Source: Flavobacteriales bacterium | Lineage (GTDB): Bacteria; Bacteroidota; Bacteroidia; Flavobacteriales_G; NORP312 | Assembly (NCBI GenBank): GCA_016763645.1 | Contig: JAESTK010000028.1 | Span: 1 to 54,246, forward strand | Direction: 5' to 3' | Length of the DNA: 54,246 nucleotides | Shown: in pieces, positions 20,107 to 28,400 of the stretch | Layout of the letters: each line of letters opens with the position of its first letter | Numbering within the stretch: position 1 is the first letter of the stretch | The notes under the pieces: model-generated | What the model was told of the DNA's origin: nothing | Seen by the model: only the letters and a program-made list of their open reading frames with translations | Databases searched by the model: none | Made by a program: the position numbers and the translations under genes

Positions 20107-20755
20107 AATAACGATAGTATTAGCAGACGACCACTCCTTAATTAGAGCGGGGTATAAATCGATATTGGAAGAAATAACAGATATAACCTTAATCGGGGAA
20201 GCTGCCGATGGTGAAATTGCCATAAAAGTAGTTGAGGAGCTTAAGCCAGATGTTGTTATCTTAGACATCACCATGCCAAATAAAAACGGGCTGGAAGCCG
20301 CTAAAGAAATCCGATTAAATAATTCCGATGTAAAAATACTAATGCTCTCTATGCACAAAGAAGAAGCATATATTAAGCAAAGCATCAAAAATGGTGCTGA
20401 TGGTTATTTGGTTAAAGATATCGATAGCGAGCACTTTATTCAAGCGATTAGAACGGTATATGCAGGAAAAAAGTACTATGGAGAAACTTCAACACAAGTA
20501 TTGTTAGATAGTTTTATAAGTCAAATTCAAAACAAAGACGAGGGCGAAACCACCACACAGGGTTATAATCTATCCAAAAGAGAACGTCAAGTATTGGTAC
20601 TCGTTGCTCAAGGGAAGTCGAGCAGTCTAATCGGAGAAGAATTGTTTGTAAGTACGCGAACGGTAGAAAACCATCGAGCACATATTATGCAAAAGCTTGA
20701 GGTTCACTCTATAGCAGAATTGTTAGTAAAAGTAAACGAGGAAAACCTTATATAG
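20099..20755 (+). CDS. LuxR/NarL-family response regulator
   Basis: The REC domain is IVLADDH...DVVILDITMP. The C-terminal HTH is LSKRERQVLVLVAQGKSSSLIGEELFVSTRTVENHR. The start overlaps the kinase stop. Confidence 0.9.
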   Translation: MSEITIVLADDHSLIRAGYKSILEEITDITLIGEAADGEIAIKVVEELKPDVVILDITMPNKNGLEAAKEIRLNNSDVKILMLSMHKEEAYIKQSIKNGADGYLVKDIDSEHFIQAIRTVYAGKKYYGETSTQVLLDSFISQIQNKDEGETTTQGYNLSKRERQVLVLVAQGKSSSLIGEELFVSTRTVENHRAHIMQKLEVHSIAELLVKVNEENLI

Positions 20756-20792
20756 AGCAGCAATAGACAGGGCTATACCCCGTGTTTTCACA

Positions 20793-20854
20793 TAGGTGTT
20801 TTCCGCAGATGCTTACTTAGCAATTAGAGTAATATTACTCTTAAAATTGAGTAG
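20793..20854 (+). promoter_or_regulatory. conserved upstream module (TAGGTGTTTTCCGC ... TAAAATTGAGTAGTT) with embedded 16-bp palindrome
   Basis: The module is shared with 21746-21806. TAAAATTG is one mismatch from the Bacteroidota -7 consensus TAnnTTTG. It lies about 50 nt upstream of the ATG at 20900. Confidence 0.35.
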
Positions 20855-20899
20855 TTGTTTTCGCCACAAAAAGACAACAGGATACGTATATTTGAAAGA

Positions 20900-21721
20900 A
20901 TGCTTACAATTTTAAGACACATATTATCTATTTTCTTTCTCTTAGCGTCTATAACAGTCTCTTATGCGATGTCAGGATCAATTACCTCTACTGGTAATGG
21001 AGACTGGAATACGAGTACAACTTGGTCTGATGCAAACGACCCAAGCTGTACGGTAACAGATGATTACACAATACAGTCGGGCGATTCGATTTGGTGTGTT
21101 TGTGATACACTTGAAATAGCAGGAAATGGGGGAATAACAATAGAAAGCGGAGGGGTGCTATATATTTCTGGTGCAGGAGGGTTAAATGGAAATGGCGACC
21201 TCACCATTGAATCAGGAGCGAAGCTTATAGTAGATGGAGATTTAGCTGTTAGCGGCAATGGAGATTTAGTATTAGAGGGTAGCATGGAGGTGGGAGGAGA
21301 TTTTACCGTTGCTGGCGCTGGCAGCACTAGTGGTACTGGCACACTAACTATAACAGGTGCAGGGTGTGATGAATGGGAGGGCCTAGGGCCGTGTACAGAA
21401 GGATTCCCTTTGTCTATAGACTTAGTAAGTTTCGAAGCCCATTTAAATATAGACCAAGTAGATATAAAAATTTGGCCAACCCCTAATGATGGAGGAGCCC
21501 ATATAAACATTGAAATGATCGGCTACGACCCTTCCCACGAAGTATTGGTAACCGTTCGGGATATTGCAGGTAGAGAGTATTATTCTAAAGTTCTTGTTAC
21601 CGATATGGACGGGCATTTGATTACCACCATAGATCCAACAAACAAGTTGCCAGTTGGAGCCTATTTAATAACGGGCTCAGACCAAAACCATATGTATAGT
21701 AAAAAGCTGATTGTAAAATAG
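20900..21721 (+). CDS. secreted protein with T9SS C-terminal sorting domain (short paralog of the next gene)
   Basis: It has a signal peptide (MLTILRHILSIFFLLASITVSYA) and a GNGDWNTSTTW / G-N-G-D repeat region. The C-terminal 85 aa is highly similar (about three-quarters identical by eye) to the C-terminus of 21869..25270 (IWPxPN...YLITGSDQNHxYSKKLIVK). Confidence 0.7.
   Translation: MLTILRHILSIFFLLASITVSYAMSGSITSTGNGDWNTSTTWSDANDPSCTVTDDYTIQSGDSIWCVCDTLEIAGNGGITIESGGVLYISGAGGLNGNGDLTIESGAKLIVDGDLAVSGNGDLVLEGSMEVGGDFTVAGAGSTSGTGTLTITGAGCDEWEGLGPCTEGFPLSIDLVSFEAHLNIDQVDIKIWPTPNDGGAHINIEMIGYDPSHEVLVTVRDIAGREYYSKVLVTDMDGHLITTIDPTNKLPVGAYLITGSDQNHMYSKKLIVK
21406..21721 (+). repeat. dispersed coding repeat, copy 1 (matches 24674-24729 plus 25014-25270)
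   Basis: A nucleotide alignment by eye shows long identical runs such as gaccaagtaga, ataaaaatttggcca and agagagtattattctaaagt. Confidence 0.8.
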
Positions 21722-21745
21722 AGGAGAAACATATCATTATCAGCC

Positions 21746-21806
21746 TAGGTGTTTACCGCCACTACTTATCTAAAATTGAGTAGTTCTACTCATACAAATT
21801 GAGTAG
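21746..21806 (+). promoter_or_regulatory. conserved upstream module (TAGGTGTTTACCGC ... TAAAATTGAGTAGTT ... AAATTGAGTAGGTGTTT)
   Basis: This is the second copy of the module at 20793-20854. It contains the inverted repeat GAGTAG-TT-CTACTC (21778-21791) and a second AAATTGAGTAG. Confidence 0.35.
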
Positions 21807-21868
21807 GTGTTTGGGTATCTTTTCTGAAGAGTTTAACGTAATTTAGCTTGCAGATTAATTAGTAAAGT

Positions 21869-24800
21869 TTGAGTTTAATTATAAAATATACACAAAAGAG
21901 CGTATTACTTGCAGTTGTAGCAATTGTTTGTCTGGCGAGTAGTGTTTCTGCTCAAAAATATGCCCTCACGCCTTTTCCTGATCACATTTTTTGTGGTGGA
22001 GGATACCCTTCTGCCTATGAAGCTGTCGGAACATTTGTTCTATACGAAACAGACAGAAAAGGATTTGAAAAAAATAAAGACAGGAACTTAGTATTTACAC
22101 TTCCTGCTGGTTTTGAGTTTAACACTGCGGTGGGATCAGTAAGTTTTGCCGCTGGAAGGGATATTAATAATGTTACCATTAATTCAATTACTGCTACAAC
22201 TCTTGATATACAGTTAGATATGGGTAGTGACGCGGTAACAGATACAATTTACTTCACAAGCTTTCAAATTAGAGCTACCGCTGCCGGATCTGGTGACCTT
22301 CTTAGAACAGGGGGGAATAGCAAGGTCGATGGATCTGTAGATAAGCCAGGTGACGGAGCTCCTGAAACTGCAGAATCTTTTGGCTATTTATTTGCAGGGG
22401 TTGACATGTCGTACACATCAAGTACAACAACACAGGCAAACACGAATAACATTGGGCCAAACTCAATAAATGGAGAAATAATCGGAATACAAATAATTAC
22501 TACAGACTTATGTACACCGTTTAACGTAACACAATTCGATTTGAGTACCAACGGAACATCTAATGCCGCGGTAGACATTACAGGTGCCAGCATATATTAT
22601 ACAGGGACATCTAGTGCTTTTGCAACTACAACTTTGTTTGGAACTCAAGCTACACCAAATGGAGCATTTACAATTACAGGTTCGCAACAGTTAACCATCG
22701 GCACAAATTATTTTTGGTTAACCTATGATTTGCCTTCTGGAGCAACAATGACTAATGTTGTAGATGGCGAATGCACGTCTATAACAATGGATGGCGGAGT
22801 TGGAGCACAAGTACCTACAACAACGGCACCTGGAGGAACAAGAACTATCGCTGCATTCTATTCAAGAAATGGCGGGGGAGACTGGGAAACAAATGCTACT
22901 TGGTCGAACGTGGCGTATGGTGGTATTGCTGCGGCATCAATACCTGGCCCTCTAGATGATGTTTTTATCGGAGACGGAGATGTTGTTACAGTAAAAACGA
23001 AGCAGGATGGTACAGCAGGAAAAGGTGCCAATATCATACGAGTAGAAGATACAGGTACGTTAATGAATGATGGAGGGAGAGATATATGGACAACCAATGA
23101 CATTTATGTGACAGGAACCGGGGTGTTAAATTTATCTGGAAAGATAAAGGTAAATGGAAACGCCTACTTTACCGGAACAGGAACTTCGGTCTTTTCGGAT
23201 GATGTACATTTTAAAGGAGACTTAACCGTAGATGCCAGTGCAACCCTTCGCCAAACAGGCGACAAAGACATTAATATTGGAGAAGGCAATATTGCCGGTG
23301 ATTTGATATTGAACGGTTTAATAGATTACCAGGGAAACAAGGACATCAAATTAAAATGTACGTGTACCTCAACGATAGATGGAACAGGGTCTATTACTTC
23401 AAATAATCCTGGAACTGAGCTAAAACTTGAAAATGGTAACCGAACCTTTCTGGCAACCGCGAACATTACAACACAAGCGTGGATAAACATTGCAAACGGT
23501 ATTACTGTAACAAACAATGGCATTGTAAATACAGTATATAATGGCGTTGCTGAGCAAGGAGGTATAAATGTTAAGGATAATGGAGGAATATGGACGAATG
23601 CCGCTAATTCTACTTTAAACTACGGAGGAGCTGATGAATTGCTAAATAGTAATGGTAACAACAAAACCCGTACACTTAACGCTTCTGGTTCAGGAAATAC
23701 GGTAAATTACAACTACAATGGCAACCAAAACATCATAGTTCCCAATGGAACAACTTACTGGCATTTATCATCTTCAACGAATGGCAACAAAGATCTTTTA
23801 GGCGCATTGGATGTTAACGGAAACATATTAATTACCAATACAGCATCGTTGAGAGCCAATGGGAGTGATTTTACCGTTGCAGGTAATTGGACGAATAACA
23901 GTATAAATGCAGATCCTTTTGTTCAAGGCACAAGAAAGGTAACACTTGATGGCGCAGCTGCTCAAGTTATCACGGTAGTGTCAGATGAAGCTTATTATGA
24001 TTTAGAAATAGCCAACACATCAGGAGGTGTTTCATTAGCTCTAGCAACAGATGTAACTTCAACAAATCAATTAACACTAACCTCGGGAGTTGTAACAACA
24101 GGAGCAAATTATTTAATTAATACCTCAACTACTGCTGCTAATGTTACACGAACAGGAGGGCATGTATATGGAAATATGAGGAGGTTTGTAGCTTCAAATA
24201 CCAGCACTTATATTTTTCCTGTAGGCTCTAATACAGCATCAACGGACTATCATCCAATTGATTTTATCAACAATAACGTTACTGGAGTTACCTATTTAAC
24301 GGCATTTGTGGGTCTAATAACCGAGGCAGGTAATAATATCGATTCTCGGTTAACAGCTACTCAAAACGGAACATCGGTCATCAATATATTTGAAACGGCA
24401 GAATGGGACTTAGCTCCCGATGTAGCTCCTACGGGAGGTTCTTATGGTGTAAATTTATATACAGGGAATTTGTCTGCAGGATTGGTTGACAATGCTTTTT
24501 GCCCGTTAAAAAGAGTGTCTTCATCCACAGACTACGCTGATTGGGCTTCGTTCGAAGGTTCTACAACAATTCCTGCAGCCGGAACAGCAGGAAGAACGGT
24601 TGCGAGTGGGTATGCGCAAAGAACAGGTTATACAAGTTTTTCAAGATTTGCAGTTTCTGGCAGTGGGTCAGTTCCGTTACCTATAGAATTAATAAGTTTT
24701 GAGGCCCATTTAAACATAGACCAAGTAGACTTGAAATGGATAACCGCGAGTGAAAAAAATAATGCATTTTTTACCATTGAAAGAAGTACAGATGGAGTTA

Positions 24801-25270
24801 CATTCGAAGAAATATTGAGAAGTGAAGGCGCAGGAACAAGTAATAATAGAATTGAATATTTTGATATTGACTATGATCCTGTTGTGGGAGTGGTTTACTA
24901 TCGCTTAAAACAAACCGATTTTGATGGTAAATTTGCATATTCTGGTCTAGTTCCAGTGGAATATACTGCAAACGGAAAGCCAGGAATAAGCTTATTTGGC
25001 GATGTGGAAGCCAATATAAAAATTTGGCCAAACCCCAATAACGGAACACATGTAAATATAGAAATGAGCGGTTATATTCCAGACCATGAAGTGTTAGTAA
25101 TTGTAAGAGATATAGCGGGAAGAGAGTATTATTCTAAAGTACTAATTACAGATATAGATGGACACATAGTAAGCGCGATTGACCCTACTCAGACTTTGCC
25201 TGTTGGTACATACTTGATAACGGGGTCAGACCAAAATCACTTATACAGTAAAAAACTAATTGTAAAATAA
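21869..25270 (+). CDS. large secreted adhesin-like protein with T9SS type-A C-terminal sorting domain
   Basis: The 1133-aa ORF has a TTG start and a signal peptide ending SSVSAQ. It has a Thr/Asn/Gly-rich beta-helix-like body, an Fn3-like module (LPIELISFEAHL...YYRLKQTDFDGK) and a C-terminal domain IWPNPNNG...KKLIVK. Confidence 0.8.
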   Translation: MSLIIKYTQKSVLLAVVAIVCLASSVSAQKYALTPFPDHIFCGGGYPSAYEAVGTFVLYETDRKGFEKNKDRNLVFTLPAGFEFNTAVGSVSFAAGRDINNVTINSITATTLDIQLDMGSDAVTDTIYFTSFQIRATAAGSGDLLRTGGNSKVDGSVDKPGDGAPETAESFGYLFAGVDMSYTSSTTTQANTNNIGPNSINGEIIGIQIITTDLCTPFNVTQFDLSTNGTSNAAVDITGASIYYTGTSSAFATTTLFGTQATPNGAFTITGSQQLTIGTNYFWLTYDLPSGATMTNVVDGECTSITMDGGVGAQVPTTTAPGGTRTIAAFYSRNGGGDWETNATWSNVAYGGIAAASIPGPLDDVFIGDGDVVTVKTKQDGTAGKGANIIRVEDTGTLMNDGGRDIWTTNDIYVTGTGVLNLSGKIKVNGNAYFTGTGTSVFSDDVHFKGDLTVDASATLRQTGDKDINIGEGNIAGDLILNGLIDYQGNKDIKLKCTCTSTIDGTGSITSNNPGTELKLENGNRTFLATANITTQAWINIANGITVTNNGIVNTVYNGVAEQGGINVKDNGGIWTNAANSTLNYGGADELLNSNGNNKTRTLNASGSGNTVNYNYNGNQNIIVPNGTTYWHLSSSTNGNKDLLGALDVNGNILITNTASLRANGSDFTVAGNWTNNSINADPFVQGTRKVTLDGAAAQVITVVSDEAYYDLEIANTSGGVSLALATDVTSTNQLTLTSGVVTTGANYLINTSTTAANVTRTGGHVYGNMRRFVASNTSTYIFPVGSNTASTDYHPIDFINNNVTGVTYLTAFVGLITEAGNNIDSRLTATQNGTSVINIFETAEWDLAPDVAPTGGSYGVNLYTGNLSAGLVDNAFCPLKRVSSSTDYADWASFEGSTTIPAAGTAGRTVASGYAQRTGYTSFSRFAVSGSGSVPLPIELISFEAHLNIDQVDLKWITASEKNNAFFTIERSTDGVTFEEILRSEGAGTSNNRIEYFDIDYDPVVGVVYYRLKQTDFDGKFAYSGLVPVEYTANGKPGISLFGDVEANIKIWPNPNNGTHVNIEMSGYIPDHEVLVIVRDIAGREYYSKVLITDIDGHIVSAIDPTQTLPVGTYLITGSDQNHLYSKKLIVK
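24674..25270 (+). repeat. dispersed coding repeat, copy 2 (contains an extra segment of about 284 nt, 24730-25013, absent from copy 1)
   Basis: See 21406-21721. Confidence 0.8.
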
Positions 25271-25287
25271 AAGGCTCATTTTCAGAT

Positions 25288-25319
25288 AAAAAAAGCACCA
25301 ATTTATGGTACTTTTTTTT
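25288..25319. terminator. possible intrinsic terminator after the 1133-aa gene
   Basis: The sequence is AAAAAAAGCACCA-ATTTA-TGGTACTTTTTTTT. The stem is short with one C.A mismatch and is flanked by complementary A and T runs. Confidence 0.4.
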
Positions 25320-25408
25320 GTCGTAATCGTAACTGGAGATGAAGAAACAAAAACGAATGAGAAAGGGAGCTCCTAGGTGAATTTACTGATTTGTTTTTCC
25401 AGGTAAAA

Positions 25409-28400
25409 ATGCTTATATTTGGCCAGAACGTGACAGAAATAATTAAAATAGGTTGGAAATATTTATGCATGACAGTCTTAGTGGCTGTTTTCAGCAGTTC
25501 CGTCTTTTCTATGGCGGGACCAAAATATGCCGTAAATCCCTTTTCTGATATAAGTTTTTGTGATGCTGTGCCAACAGCGTATGTAGTTGCAAGTACTTTT
25601 TCTATTGTTGAAACCAATGTTAAAGGATTCAAGAAAGGGCAAAATGAAAATATAGTACTAACACTTCCAACGGGGTTTGAGTTTAACCCAGGAGTGGGAA
25701 CAGTAACTTTTGATGCAGGAAATGACATTACCTCTATTGCAGTTAACTCAATTACCGCATCACAAATTGACATTCAGGTTGTAACAGATAAAGACGATTT
25801 TATTGACGCCATTCATTTTTCCAACTTCGAAATTCGAGCAGTTTCAGCATCTGCTTCAGGAGACTTGTTGCGGGGGGCAACTTCAGGTCCAGGGAATTTT
25901 AAAATTGATGGGTTTGCTGATTTCCCAGGAGACGGCAACCCAAATGCTGCTGAATCTCTGGGCTTTTTATATTCGGGTCCAGATATGACCTACACATCAA
26001 GCACTACAACTCAAGGAAACACAAATAGTGTTTCTCCTAACTCAACAGATGCAGAAATGATAGGTGTAGAGATAGAAACAAATGGCTTATGTACTCCATT
26101 CAATTTAACAGAATTAAATTTTGATACCGATGGAGGAAACGGATCAGGGTCTGATGCCCCCTCTACCGATATTTTAAATGCGAGAGTTTATTACACAGGA
26201 ACTTCTTCAACCTTTGCTAAAACAAATCAATTTGGTTCTGATATGACCACGCCAAGTGGCACATTTAGTATTACAGGAGCTCAAGAACTAACAGAAGGAA
26301 CAAATTATTTTTGGCTAGTTTACGACTTACCATCAGGAGCTGTAGTAGATAATGAGATAGATGCACAATGCACCTCTGTTGTTCTGGATGGATCTGGCGG
26401 AACCCAGACCCCAACGGTCACCAACCCCTCTGGGGCTAGGGTTATTGCCGCTTATTTTAGTAGGCAAACGGGTAATTGGAGCGATGTTAATTCGTGGTCG
26501 GTAGGTAGTTGTGGTGGTGCTGTTGCAACAGGAGTTCCTGGGGCAAGTGATGATGTGGTTATTTGTTCAGGCAACACTATTTCATTAGATGGCGCAATTA
26601 CAGTTAATAAAATTATTATTAGTGATGGAGGTGTTTTAAATGATGGCGGGGGAGCTAACGGTTTAACGCTAAATGGGAACTTTCAAACGCTAGGAACAGG
26701 TTACTTTGTTTTCCCTTCAAACGGTAATTTAGTTGTAAATGGCGATGCTATATTTCAAGGAACAGGAAGCAGTACTCTATCAGGAATCGCGACCTTTACA
26801 GGGGAATTGAACGTAGGTTCAGGAGTTACCCTGACTCAAACTGCAAATAAAGATGTTCTTTTAAAAGGAGATTTAATTTGTGATGGAACCATTGCGTTAA
26901 CGGGGACTAAAAAATTAAAAATGGACGGGTTTACGGCTTCTAGTATTAGCGGTGTAGGAACAATAACCTCAACAAACGCGGCCTCCATGTTTGAGATTAA
27001 AAATGCAGACAGAACAATATTAGCTGGAACTGACTTAACCATACAACCGTATGTACACCTTAATTCAAATACGATAACGGTTATAAACAACGGATCCATT
27101 AACATGCAGTATAATGGGGTTAATACGCAAGGTGATATTAATGGAAAGTCATCGGCATGTGTATGGACTAACGCGGAAAACGCCTCATTGAAATACGAAG
27201 GAAGAACGACAATGTTTAATACAGCAGGTGTCTTAATTGCTGCGGCTAGTGGTAATACTGTTAACTACTCATCAGATGTTGCCCAAACTATGATTCTTCC
27301 ACAAAGTAATATATATTACAACCTAACAACATCTGGTGCAGGGATTAAAACGGCAGCAGGAGATATTGATGTGGATGGAGATGTGCTTATAGATTCAGAT
27401 TTTGACACAGGCACCAATAATTTAAATATTGCCGGAAATTGGACTAATAACAGCAGTTTTGTTATCGGCTCAGGCACCATCGAATTTGATGGAGCTTCCT
27501 TAATTGGAGGTACTGCAACCACTACAGTAGCTGACGTTAATATTACGGGGATAATGACTGGACCAGTATCGGGAACGTTAAATGTAACAGGAAATTGGAC
27601 AAGTACTGGAACATTTGTTCATAACTCAAGTAATATTGTTTTTAACGGAAGTACAGCTCAAACGATTTCGGGAACAAATACATTTCACGATGTTACAATT
27701 AACAATAGCTCTGGAGTATCTATTTCATCTGGCACAGGAGGAATTGAGGGGTCTTTAACCCTTACTTCAGGAACGTTTAACACAAACAGCGTATTAACAC
27801 TGATTTCTAACGCAAGTGGAACGGGTAGAATTGCCGAAATCACAGGCGGAAGTATAACAGGAAACGTAATGTCTCAACAATATGTGTCGGCTGCTGATGG
27901 TTGGAGATTAATGAGCTCTCCAGTTGATGGAACGACCTTAGCGGATTTAAGTTCAGAATTTTGGACTAGTGGGTTTTCAGGTGCAACATATCCGACAAAT
28001 TCTTTTGTATCTGTTTACACATACGATGAAACGGTGTCTGGTGATTTGAATCAAGGATATGTTTCGGCATCTAATATAACCGATGGGCTTGACCCAACTA
28101 AAGGATTTTTTGCTTGGGTTGGCGCTTTACCTATAGGGTCTGGAATAACCGAAACACTCAATGTAACAGGCACAACCAATACGGGGAATCAGGTTGCCAC
28201 AGTTAACTACACAGACGATCCGTCATATAGCGACAGCCATGACGGATGGGCTTTAATGGGGAACCCGTTCCCTTCAGATATAGATTGGAGTACTGTAACG
28301 ATATCGGGAGGGGTAACACCGTTTGCATACTTATATGACCCCAGTACATCAAGCTATATTACTTTAGACCAAAGCTCATCTAATGTTATATCTCAACACC

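Noticed and set aside
21064-21510. ORFs of 148 aa and smaller lying on either strand within the large repeat-protein genes (22384-22593, 22858-23103, 26836-27105, 27316-27522, 32217-33907, 35444-35935, 39561-40063).
   Set aside because: The Gly/Thr/Asn-rich repetitive coding sequence keeps alternative frames open, and the translations are Pro/Ser/Val-rich low-complexity shadows of the real genes.
24674-25270. Repeated 3' segments (also 21406-21721) considered as possible insertion-sequence ends or a mobile element.
   Set aside because: Both copies are in-frame C-terminal coding regions of paralogous genes. There is no transposase, no terminal inverted repeats and no target-site duplication.
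25303-25773. 156-aa minus-strand ORF spanning the intergenic region and the 5' end of the 1584-aa gene.
   Set aside because: It runs antisense to a well-supported signal peptide and conserved N-terminal domain, starts inside the putative terminator, and has no motif.
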